Part shown: positions 37,064 through 48,386 of the stretch, in pieces
Position numbering within the stretch: the first letter of the stretch is position 1
Layout of the letters: each line of letters opens with the position of its first letter
From: Squalus acanthias
Lineage: Eukaryota
DNA length: 64,000 nt
NCBI GenBank assembly: GCA_030390025.1
Contig: JASTWF010000360.1
Location: 372,001-436,000 of the forward strand
Direction of reading: 5' to 3'
Made by a program: the position numbers and the translations under genes
Notes under the pieces: model-generated
Database searches by the model: none
What the model was told of the DNA's origin: nothing
What the model saw: the letters and a program-made list of their open reading frames with translations, nothing else

Positions 37064-38568
37064 GGGCTGGATTTTGCCAATGGGGGGCGGGCTGAGTGCT
37101 TGTCAGGTGGTCGGCGGTTCCCGACCCCGCCTCCGATGTGATTCGTGACAATTGGCCGATTTTCCCCGAATTGGGCACTTGATTTCCAGCCTGTGGGAAC
37201 CCCTGGCCCAATGAGCCTTTTCAGACAGAAACTCACCTCCGATGACGTCATCTATGCAGCTGGATTTAAGGCCTGCAAGCAGCCTTGCTTCTTTTTCAGC
37301 CTTACAACTTTATGACCATTCTTCTGAGGGATTCCTTCTGCAAGTATGTTCAGCACCAGACCAAAGTGTGCACCCAGATTCGATGAGGCCTCCCTCCAAG
37401 CTCTGGTGGAGGGAGCAAGAGCAAATAAGGAAGTGCTCTTTCCTTCCTCAGGGAGGAAAAAGCCTCCACAACAGACTAAAGCTGTGTGGCTGCAAGTGGC
37501 ACAGGAGGTCAATGCTATTTCTATGTGCAGCAGAACCTGGCTGCAATGCAGAAAGAGGTTTCATGACCTTCTCTGCACAGGAAAAGTGAGTATTACATTC
37601 CCATCACCCTCAATCTGATCCCCATCGCCTCTCATCACCAGCACTCTGCTTTGTCAACCTCCTCCTCCACATCCCACTTCACCCTTACACCCCTGCACCC
37701 TTACCCATCACCACGGAAAGGATGGCAACCTCCGTGGAAAGGATGGGTTGAGGAAGCGCTCAGTCAAGGTGGGGAGAGTGGTTTCCCAGGAGGTCACACT
37801 GGAGATGGGTGTCAGGCTCCAAATTTTCACAACAATGAGTAGGCCTGCTAAAAGTTCCCCCAGACCTGAGACAAAAAAGTTCTGCAACCTGCAAATGATC
37901 ATTGGTGAAAACTCCTCTTTAATGGTGGAGCTGCAGCTGTTAGTAAGCAATCCACTTGTGAGGCCGCCAGGATTAACTGGCGTGTTCCAGAGGAGACGTG
38001 CAGGATGGTGGAAATGTGTTAAATTCAGAAAGGCCTCTCAAAATGGGATTATCACAGAATCCCCACAGTGCAGATAGAGGCCATTTTGGCCCATCGAGCC
38101 ATATCCCACCCTATCCCCGTAACCCCACGTATTTAATCCCCCTAACACTTAGGGTCAATTTATCATAGCCACATCAACCTAACCCGCACATCTTTGGACT
38201 GTGGGAGGAAACTGGAGCACCCGGAGGAAACCCACGCAGACACAGGGAGAATGTGCAAACTCCACACAGACAGTCACCCGAGGCCGGATTCGAACCCGGG
38301 TCCCTGGTGCTGTGAGAGTAACAGTGCTAACCATTATGCCACCGTGTTGCCGTGTTGATTATAGAGGCAATTAACTAGTTGTTAAGGGCCTTAAGGGCCT
38401 ATCCCGCCTCTTGGAGGCGGGATGGAAACGGGGTCTGAAACCGCGAATGTGGGAAAATTGCTCAGAGGCGGGATGGAGGCGGGATCGGATCCGCCCGCCA
38501 TTTTTATGCAATTTTAACACCTCACACGCCTCCAAACCCGCCTCCTCGGGCCTGGCAAAATTGAGCCC
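37064..38568 (+). mobile_element. Non-autonomous Harbinger element with 16-bp TIRs and a 3-bp TSD (AAT)
   Basis: GGGCTGGATTTTGCCA and TGGCAAAATTGAGCCC (14/16 match); AAT at 37061-63 and 38569-71. Myb/SANT exon at 37346 (PRFDEASL...RTWLQCRKRFHDL) is followed by a GTGAGT donor. Confidence 0.88.
38053..38356 (-). mobile_element. V-SINE (HE1-like) with a CR1-type tail and GATTAT TSD
   Basis: Minus strand has a tRNA-like head (TGGCATAATGG...GGTTCGAATCC) and a V-domain-like GTCTGCGTGGGTTTCCTCCGGGTGCTCC; GATTAT at 38047-52 and 38357-62. Confidence 0.85.
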
Positions 38569-39887
38569 AATGACTTAGATGAAGGGACTGAGTGCAATGT
38601 ATCCAGGTTTGCTGATGATACAAAGCTAGGTGGGACAGTAAGCTGTGAGGAGGACACAAAGAGGCTGCAAAGGGATATAGACAGGTTAACTGAGTGGGAA
38701 AGAAGGTGGCAAATGGAGTATAATGCGGAGAAGTGTGGAGTTATCCACTTTAGTAGGAAGAAAAGAAAAAAGCAGAGTATTTTTTAAAGGTGAGAGACAA
38801 GTAAATATTGGTGTTCAGAGGGACCTGGGTGTCCTTGTACACGAATCACTGAAATTTAACATGCAGGTACAGCAAGCAATTAGGAAAGCAAATGGTATGT
38901 TGGCCTTTATTACAAGAGGATTTGAGTATAAGAGTAAAGACGTCTTACTGCAATTATATAGAGCCCTGGTGAGACCAAACCTGGAGTATTGTGTACAGTT
39001 TTGGTCTCCTTACCTAAGGAAGGATATACTTGCCATAAAGGGAGTGCAACAAAGGTTTTGTAGATTGATTCCTGGGATGAGAGGGTTGTCCTATGAGATG
39101 AGTTTGAATAGAATGAGTCGATATACTCTGGAGTTTAGAAGAATGGGAGGTGATCTCATTGAAACGTATAAAATTCTTGCTGGGTAGATGCTGAGAGGCT
39201 ATTTCCCCTGGCTGGAGAGTCGAGAACTTGGGGAAATAGGGGAAAAAATTAGTCTTCGACAGCAAAGCTGCCAGTGTCCCCGACAACTGCAGTTAATGGT
39301 CGCTGGAAATGGCCGCAACGCTAAGCGAGTGAAATTGGTCTGGGGGCGTGGAGATAGGTGGCACAGCGCTCACCTTCCGTGCAATGCTGTCCTGGTGGCG
39401 TTGCTGGAGGGATCGGGACAAAGTTCCTGTCCAGGTCCGGCGTTGCAGCTTCCCACAGCCTCTGGGAGTGAGGCTGTGGCGTTCGCATTGAATTGTGGGC
39501 AATGAAGAGGCCTGAGAATTAAAGGGGCCATGCACACTGAAGCAGTACAAAATAAAACGCATTGAATCAATACATTTTTCAGCCCTTTCTGCCTTTTAAG
39601 AAGTATTCAACATTTAAAAGAAGTTCCAAATGTGAACATTCAGCTGTTCAAGCTGAATTACCTTCCTAACCTCAACAAATGGGAAAACTGCCTCAGCACT
39701 CACACCAATGGCTCAGCAAGCCACGGAATGGGCACCCAGGGTCTCACACGCAGCACTCCAGTTTTGTGCAGGGGGTCAACACCGCAAGAGTGGAGCCTCT
39801 ACCCACAGGGGCCAGGAGGCCCTCCAGAAAGAACGATCTGGGAGTACATCACTCAGGCCGTCACTGACAGCACGGTTGCCCCCACCA

Positions 39888-40046
39888 CTACTTTTGAAGT
39901 GTAGTCACTGTTGTAATGTAGGAACCGCAGCAGCCTATTTGCGCACAGCAACCTCCCACATACAGCAATGTGATAATGACCAGATAATGCTTTGGTGGTG
40001 TTGGGTAAGGGATAAATATTGGCCAGGACACCGGGGAGAACTCCTG
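39888..40046 (-). mobile_element. Deu-SINE 3' fragment
   Basis: Aligns with 26022-26175 and with the reverse complement of 42945-43100. Confidence 0.75.
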
Positions 40047-40279
40047 TATCCACTAATTGATCTGAGGAGGGCACAGCAATTGCACCTTGTTAGATACAGC
40101 TGCACTTTAGAATATTGTGCATTACGTGGTATAACGTTCCTGACCTTATTAAACCCGAACCTGACATGAGCAGCAGCCCAGGACATCTCATTTATTTTAA
40201 TAATCAACGGGTAATTACGGTCACAGGCTTTGGTTAGTAAGGCACGTTCTAAATCACTTGTGTAGCCATCAGGGCAATA

Positions 40280-40955
40280 ATCAAGTAGATAAGGTGGCTA
40301 AGAAGGCATACGGAATGCTTGCCTTTATTAGCCGTGGCATAGAATACAAGAGCAGGGGGGTTATGCTTCAACTGTATAAAACACTAGTTAGGCCTCAGCT
40401 AGAGTACTGCGTGCAGTTCTGGTCACCACATTACAGGAAAGATGTGATTGCACTAGAGAGGGTACAGAGGAGATTTACAAGGATGTTGCCGGGAGTAGAG
40501 AATTTTAGCTATGAGGAAAGATTGGATAGGCTGGGTCTGTTTTCCTTGGAACAGAGGAGGCTGAGGGGAGACCTTATTCAGGTGTATAAAATTATGAGGG
40601 GCATAGATAAAGTGGATAGAAAGGACCTATTTCCCTTAGCAGAGGGGTCAAAAAACCAGGGGGCACAGATTTAAAGTAATTGGGGGAAGGTTTAGAGGGG
40701 ATTTGAGGGGAAATTTCTTCACCCAGAGGGTTGTGGGGGTCTGGAACTCACTGCCTGAAAGGGTGGTAGAGGCAGGAACCCTAACCACATTTAAGAAGTA
40801 CTTGGATGTGCCCTTGGGATGCTGCAGGGCTACGGAGCAAGAGCTGGGAAGTGGGATTAGGCTGGATAGCTCTTTGTTGGCCGGCGCGGACATGATGGGC
40901 CGAAATGGCCTCCTTCCGTGCGGTAACTTTCTATGATTCTTCTATGATTCTATCT
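40280..40955 (+). mobile_element. CR1 3' fragment with ATTCT-type tail
   Basis: ORFs 40258-40674 and 40703-40936 carry CR1 ORF2 C-terminal motifs. Confidence 0.9.
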
Positions 40956-41534
40956 ACCACCTGGCTCCAGTGCCCAAAGAAGCTTCGTGACCTCAGACCA
41001 CTGGTCAAGGTCAGTGAATGTATCTTCAAAAAGCACCACTAGCCTCACACACTGCTCAATACACAACACAAATCACTCACCTACCAACAATCTTCACCAA
41101 TCACGAGGCACATCTCCCATTCCTAGCCTCACCTCACCCCCTTGGAGGAGATGGTGCAGGCCATTATTGGCAGGGGCTTGGTTGAGCCCTTGGCCAGTGG
41201 CGGGGCTGAAAGGATACAAGATGCGGGTATCCTCGTACGTTATCCTCCTTCTGGCATGCACCTCTTGCCTTCCCACCCTCCCGTCAGCACAACTGCACCC
41301 TTGTGCCTTCCTCATTTCACACACCCAAGAAATGCAGCCTGCCCAGCCAGTGGGCCAACAAGAAAAGGCAGCCTGCCCAGCCTGTGGGACCGCAGGCGGA
41401 TGATTTCACCCTGAATATCCCGGCCACAAAGGGGCTGTCTGGGATGCATCCTTCCTTCCGATTCCTCTTCTTCTGCGTCTTCTTCTTCCGCGTCGTCCTC
41501 TTCCCTCTGCAAGCGGATGCTGTAAATATGAAAC

Positions 41535-41660
41535 GACAGCGTAAAATGCTGGAAATACTCAGTTGGTCAGGCAGCATGTCGACCTGAGACGTGAACTCTG
41601 TTTCTCTCTCCACGGATGTTGCCTGACCTGCTGAGTATTCGCAGCATGTTCTGTCTTCTC
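41535..41660. mobile_element. Palindromic remnant of a Penelope-type tail
   Basis: ATGCTGGAAATACTCAGTTGGTCAGGCAGCAT...ATGTTGCCTGACCTGCTGAGTATTCGCAGCAT; the right half matches 52546-52620. Confidence 0.55.
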
Positions 41661-42738
41661 AGAGGCCTTCATTTACCATCCGAGCCCTTGCAAGCATCCA
41701 GCAGCAGTCCCTACACACTTATAAAAACTTTTCACATCTATTGCAGCAAGCCACCACTTCAATAAAATTTAAAAAATCAAGGGTGAACCCTTCAATCCAA
41801 ACATACCTGAATGATGTGTGTGTCCATTTAAGAGCTGCATAGATCGCCAGTGTCAGCCTGCTTGCGCGCTGGGTTAACCTGGCGTGCTTAGGACCCAGCG
41901 CTGAATTCAGCGCTAGTGTCGGAGTTCGCGTTGATGACGTTAAGTCGGCGTTGTATGCCGATAGACGTCACCACGCCACCATTTTCTTTTACAGGGCGCT
42001 GCCACTTACCGGCAGCACAGAGGGGGAGAGCAATATGGCGGCCGCCACGGGACCCACCACCAGCTGGCTAAAGAGCGGCAGCCGCCATTTTATCACCATT
42101 TCATGGTGATACGGAGTGACGGTAATACATTAATTTCTCGCTCTTGGTCTCAGGATAAGGGGTCGCCCATTCAGGACTGAGATGAGGAGAAATTCCTTCA
42201 CCCAGAGGGTGGTGAATCTTTGGAATTCTCTACCCCAGAGGGCTGTGGAGGCTCAGTCATTGGGTATATTCAAGACAGAGAGCGACAGATTTTTGGACTC
42301 TCGGGGAATCAAGGGATATGCGGATAAGGGCGGGAAAGTGGAGTTGAGGTCGAAGATCAGCCATGATCTTATTGAATGGCGGAGCAGGCTCGAGGGGCTT
42401 GTTGTCCAACTCCTGCACCTATTTCCTGTGTTCTTAGGTCTGATTTTATCTACAGCCTCCTACAAACTGGCTGATCCTCAAGGGCAGAAGGAGGCAAGCC
42501 TGGAAGGGACATGGTGGGCCTTTTTTGAGAAGGAGAGTGATAACGGTGGTGTTAAAGGGGAGTGGGGCGGTGCCTGAGGAGAGGGAAGCCATTCGCAATG
42601 GAGATTAATCTTCAATTTCTGGAGACGCCAGGGAAATCCTAAGAACAGAAGAAATAGGAGCAGGTGGCGGCCATTTGGTCCCTCGAGCCTGCTCCGCCAG
42701 TCAATAAGATCATGGCTGATCTGGTCCTGGCCTCAACT

Positions 42739-43168
42739 GACTTGTGTCAGCTGTGGCTCAGTGGGTAGCACACTCGCCTCTGAGTCAGAAGGTTGTTTGG
42801 TTTGAGTCCCACTCCAGGGACTTGAGCACATAAAGCTAGGCTGACACTCCCACTGCAGTCTTTCGGATGAGACGTTAAACCGAGGCCCCGCCCGCTCGCT
42901 CAGGTGGATGTAAAAGATCCCATGGCACTATTTCGAAGATGAGCAGGGGAGTTATCCTTGGTGTCCTGGCCAATGTTTCTCCCTCAACCACCATAACAGA
43001 AACAGATTATCTGGTCATTTTCACACTGCTGTTTGTGGGAGCTTGCTGAGCGCAAATTGGCTGCCGCGTTTCCCACATTACAACAGTGACTACACTCCAA
43101 ATTGGCTGTAAAGTGCTTTGAGATGTCCGGTGGTCGTGAAAGATGCGATATAAATGCAATTCTTTCTT
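42739..43168 (+). mobile_element. Near full-length Deu-domain tRNA SINE with TCAACT TSD
   Basis: A/B-box head; Deu-type core GTCTTTCGGATGAGACGTTAAACCGAGG...AAAGATCCCATGGCAC; TTTC tail; TCAACT at 42733-38 and 43169-74. Confidence 0.88.
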
Positions 43169-43250
43169 TCAACTCCACTTTCCTGTCCGCCCCCCATAAC
43201 CCTTGACTCCTTTATCATTCAAAAATCTGTCTTCACCTATCTTCACCTTA

Positions 43251-44345
43251 AGCTACTGATTTGGATAGAGAACTGGTTGGCAGACAGGAAGCAAAGAGTT
43301 GGAATAAACGAGTCTTTTTCCGAGTGGCAGGCAGTGACTAGTGGGGTACCGCAGGGATCGGTCCTAGGACCCCAGCTTTTCACAATATATATTAATGATC
43401 GAGACGAGGGACCAAGATGTAATATCTCCAAGTTTGCAGGTGACACAAAGCTGGGTGGGCGTGTGTGCTGTAAAGAGGATGCAGAGAAACTCCAGTATGA
43501 TTTGGACAGGTTGGGTGATTGGGCAGATGCATGGCAGATGCAGTATAATGTGGATAAATGCGAGGTTATCCACTTTGGTGGCAAAAACAGGAAGACAGAT
43601 TATTATCTGAACGGCAATAGATTGGGAAAAGGGGAAGTGCAACGAGAGCTGGGTGTCCTTGTGCACCAGTCGCTGAAGGTAAGCATGCAGGTGCAGCAGG
43701 CAGTTAAGAAGACAAATGGTATGTTGGCTTTCATAGCGAGAGGATTCGAGTAAGGATGTCTTGCTGCAGTTGTACAGGGCCTTGGTGAGACCACATCTTG
43801 AGTATTGTGTGCAATTTTGGTCGCCTTATCTGAGGAAGTTCTTGCCATGGAGGGAGTGCAGTGAAGATTTACCAGACTGATACCTGGGATGGCAGGAATG
43901 ACGTATGAAGAGAGATTGGGTCGATTAGGCTTATATTCACTGGAGTTTAGAAGAATGAGAGGGGATCTCATTGAAGCTTATAAAATTCTAACAGGACTAG
44001 ACAGACTAGATGCAGGAAGGATGTTCCCGATGGCGGGGGAGTCCAGAACCAGAGGTCACAGTCTAAGGATAAGGGGTAAGCCATTTAGGACTGAGATGAG
44101 GAGGAATTTCTTCACCCAGAGAGTGGTGAACCTGTGGAATTCTCTACCACAGAAGGCAGTTGAATCCAATTCATTAAATATATTCAAGAAGGAGTTAGAT
44201 ATATTTCTTAAGGCTAAAGGTATCAAGGGATATGGGGAGAAAGCAGAGACAGGGTACTGAATTTGGATGATCAGCCATGATCTCATTAAATGGTGGAGCA
44301 GGCTCGAGGGGCCGAATGGCCTACTCCTGCTCCTATCTTCTATGC
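43251..44345 (+). mobile_element. CR1 RT/3' fragment, frameshifted
   Basis: ORFs 43154-43753 and 43889-44260. Confidence 0.92.
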
Positions 44346-45089
44346 TTAAATATATTCAATGACCCAGCCTCCACAGCTCTCTGGGGTAGAGAATTCCAAA
44401 GATTCACGACCCTCTGACTGAAGAAATTCCTCCTCATTTATGTTTTAAATGGGCGACCAATTATTCTGAAACTATGTCCCCGAGTTCTAGATTCCCCCAC
44501 GAGGGGAAACATCTTCTCTGCATCTACCTTGTCAAGCCCCCTCAGTATCTTATATGTTTCAATAAGATCACCTCTCATTCTTCTAAACTCCAATGAGTAT
44601 AGGCCCAACCTGTTCAACCTTTCTTCATAAGACAAATCCTTCTTCTCAAGAATCAACCTAGTGAGCCTTCTCTGAACTGCCTCCAATGCCAGTATATCCC
44701 TCCTTAAATAAGGAGACCAAAACTGTACGCAGTACTCCAGGTGTGATCTCACCAGCGCCCTGTACAGTTGCAGTAAGACTTCTCTACTTTTATACTCCAT
44801 TCCCCTCGCAATAAAGGCCAACATTCCATTTGCCTTGCTAATTACTTGCTGTAACTGCATGCTAACTTTTTGTGTTTCATGTACAAGGACCCCCAGGTCC
44901 CTCTGCGCCGCAGCATTCTGTAGTCTCCCTCCATTTAAATAATAATTTGCTTTTTTATTTTTCCTACCAAAGTGGATAACCTCACATTTTCCCACATTAT
45001 ACTCCCTCTGCCAAATTTTGTGCCTACTCACTTAACCTATCTATATCCCTTTGCAGATTCTTTGTGTCCTCCTCACAACTTGCTTTCCT

Positions 45090-46766
45090 ATAGAGATGTC
45101 GGGGAACATCGGGTCTAATGAGAGGGAGGAACTGAAAGAAATCAGTATTTGTAGGGAAATAATGTTAGGGAAATTGACGGGATTGAAGGCCGATAAATCC
45201 CCAAGGCCTGATAATCTACATCCTAGGGTACTTAAGGAAGTGGCCCTAGAAATAGTAGATGCATTGCTGATCATCTTCCAACATTCGATGGAATCAGGAA
45301 CAATACCCATGGATTGGAGGGTAGCTAATGTTACCCCACTATTCAAAAAAGGTGGTAGAGAGAAAACGGGGAATTACAGACCGGTAAGCCTGACATCGGT
45401 AGTGGGCAAAATGCTCGAGTCCATTATAAAAGATGTAATAGCAGAGCACTTGGAAAACAGTGACAGGATCGGACAAAGTCAACTTGGATTTACAAAAGGT
45501 AAATCATGCTTGACTAATCTACTGGAATTTTTTGAGGATGTAACTGGTAAAATAGATAAGGGAGAACCAGTGGATGTGGTGTATTTGGACTTTCAGAAGG
45601 CTTTCGACAAGGTCCCGCATAAGAGATTAGCGTGCAAAGTTAAAGCACATGGGATTGGGGGTATGGTACTGTCTTGGATAGAGAACTGGTTGGCAGACAG
45701 AAAGCAAAGAGTTGGAATAAATGGGTCTTTTTCCGAGTGGCAGGCAGTGACTAGTGGGGTACCGCAGGGATCGGTCCTAGGACCCCAGCTATTCACAATA
45801 TATATTAATGATCTAGACGAGGGAATTGGATGTAATATCTCCAAGTTTGCAGACGACAGCTGGGTGGGCGTGTGTGCCGTGAGGAGGATGCCGAGAAACT
45901 CCAGTATGATTTGGACAGGTTGGGTGATTGGGCAGAAGCATTGCAGATGCAATATAACGTGGATAAATGCGAGGTTATCCACTTTGGTGTCAAAAACAGG
46001 AAGGCAGATTATTATCTGAATGGCAATAGATTGGGAGAAGGGGAAGTGCAACGAGACCTGGGTGTCCTTGTGCACCAGTCGCTGAAGGTAAGCATGCAGG
46101 TGCAGCAGGCAGTTAAGAAGGCAAATGGTATGTTGGCCTTCGTAGCGAAAGGGTTCGAGTACAGGAACAAGGATGTCTTGCTGCAGTTGTACAGGGCCTT
46201 GGTGAGACCACATCTTGAGTATTGTGTGCAGTTTTGGTCGCCTTATCTGAGGAAGGATGTTCTTGCCATGGAGGGAGTGCAGCGAAGATTCACCAGGCTG
46301 ATACCTGGGAAGGCAGGAATGATGTATGAGGAGCGATTGGGTCGACTGGGCTTATACTCGCTGGAGTTTAGAAGAATGAGAGGGGTTCTCATTGAAACTT
46401 ATAAAATTCTAACAGGACTAGACAGACTAGATGCAGGAAGGATGTTCCCGATGGCCAGGGAGTCCAGAACCAGGGGTCACAGTCTAAGGATAAGGGGTAA
46501 GCCATTTAGGACTGAGATGAGGAGGAATTTCTTCACCCAGAGAGTGGTGAACCTGTGGAATTCTCTACCACAGAAGGGAGTTGAGTCCAATTCATTAAAT
46601 ATATTCAAGAAGGAGTTAGATAAATTTCTTAAGGCTAAAGGGATCAAGGGATATGGGGAGAAAGCAGGGACAGGGTAGTGAGTTTGGATGATCAGCCATG
46701 ATCTCATTAAATGGTGGAGCAGGCTCGAGGGGCCGAATGGCCTACTCCTGCTCCTATCTTCTATGC
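45090..46766 (+). mobile_element. Longer CR1 ORF2 fragment (RT domain to 3' UTR) with one frameshift
   Basis: [36 protein letters not shown] and KFADD; ORFs 45051-46019 and 45872-46678. Confidence 0.95.
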
Positions 46767-47577
46767 TTAAATATATTCAATGACCCAGCCTCCACAGATC
46801 TCTGGGGTAGAGAATTCCAAAGATTCACGACCCTCTGACTGAAGAAATTCCTCCTCATTTATGTTTTAAATGGGCGACCAATTATTCTGAAACTATGTCC
46901 CCGAGTTCTAGATTCCCCCACGAGGGAAAACATCTTCTCTGCATCTACCTTGTCAAGCCCCCTCAGTATCTTATATGTTTCAATAAGATCACCTCTCATT
47001 CTTCTAAACTTAAATGAGTATAGGCCCAGCCTGCTCAACCTTTCCTCATAAGACAAATCCTTCTTCTCAAGAATCAACCTAGTGAGCCTTCTCTGAACTG
47101 CCTCCAATGCCAGTATATCCCTCCTTAAATAAGGAGACCAAAACTGTACGCAGTAGTCCAGGTGTGATCTCACCAGTGCCCTGTACAGTTGCAGTAAGAC
47201 TTCTCTACTTTTATACTCCATCCCCCTGGAAATAAAGGCCGACATTCCATTTGCCTTCCTAATTACTTGCTGTAACTGCATGCTAACTTTTTGTGTTTCA
47301 TGTACAAGGACCCCCAGGTCCCTCTGCGCCGCAGCATTCTGTAGTCTCCCTCCATTTAAATAATAATTTGCTTTTTTATTTTTCCTACCAAAGTGGATAA
47401 CCTCACATTTTCCCACATTATACTCCCTCTGCCAAATTTTGTGCCCACTCACTTAACCTATCTCTATCCCTTTGCAGATTCTTTGTGTCCTCCTCACAAC
47501 TTGCTTTCCCACCTATCTTTGCATCATCAGCAAATTTGGCTGCAGTGCACTCGGTCCCTTCATCCAAGTCATTAATA
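46767..47577 (-). mobile_element. CR1 fragment, duplicate of 44346-45089 with a further 5' extension
   Basis: ORF 46859-47452 is nearly identical to 44438-45031 (offset 2421 bp). Confidence 0.92.
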
Positions 47578-48386
47578 TGGAATCCTGGAGCATGGGCTAC
47601 CCTCGCTGTCGCCACCTGCTGGATGGCATGCTGCCAGTGCTGGTGTCATTCATGGACAGGGAGGGGGGTTGGGTTCCAATAAAGTTCCCGAGGGGAAAAA
47701 ATTTACGCAGCGAGCTATTACGCTTTGGAATGCGCTTCGGGGCAGGGCGGTGGAAGCAGATTCAATAAGGAACTTCCAAAAGGGGAATTGGATAAATACT
47801 CGAAGGGGAAACTTTGCAGGGCGACGGGGAAAGAGCAGGGGCGGGGGCTGGAGTCGGACTACTTGGATCGAGCCGGCACAGGTACTGTGCTGTGTCGTTC
47901 TATGAGTCTAAAGAAAAGGCGCTCTGCTTTATTTTGTGGTGTCGATAGTGGCCATGATGTGGAGATGCCGGTGTTGGACTGGGGTGGACAAAAATAAGAA
48001 GTCGCACAACATCAGGTTATAGTCCAAGGGGGAAAAATTAGGTCGCGCCCCATTTGGGGCGCAAATATCGTCTGGACGCAAATATTAGCGCCTGGCGCTA
48101 ATTATCGCCACTGACTGGAAACTTCACTTTTACCGCCCCGGGAGGTGAGTGGAGCGCTAAATCAGGCACTGCACACCTGTCTTAAGGCGCAAAGGCCGAG
48201 CAGTGAGGCGCTAACTCAGCGTGCGAGCGCAGCGCAGGTGCTGCCAGTTAGCGAGGGAACAGAGACACACTGGCGCCGGCCACTTCTTAAAGCGGGGGGG
48301 GCCAACTTGCTCCCCAGCCACACCCTGCTCATTGCAGCCTTGAATCTCGGCCTGGAGCGACCTGTGAATCCATTTTGCTGCCAAGG

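Larger units (their letters stand above)
37021..39238 (+). mobile_element. CR1 ORF2 fragment interrupted by insertions at 37064 and 39239; resumes at 42144-42435
   Basis: [16 protein letters not shown] joins across 37064-38568. ORF 38723-39187 is CR1-like. The 3' part RRNSFTQRVVNLWNSLP starts at 42182. Confidence 0.85.
39239..42143 (+). mobile_element. Degraded Harbinger element carrying secondary insertions
   Basis: Interrupts a CR1. Termini GGGGAAAAAATTA and TAATTTCTCGCTC resemble the TIR at 48028. Myb remnants TWLQCPKKLRDL (about 40958) and LEEMVQAIIGRGLVEPLASG (41142). Confidence 0.6.
42630..45089 (-). mobile_element. CR1 3' region interrupted by a SINE (42739-43168) and a + strand CR1 (43251-44345)
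   Basis: CR1 3' UTR at 42640-42738; resumes at 43169-43250 and 44346-45089 (ORF 44438-45031). Confidence 0.85.
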
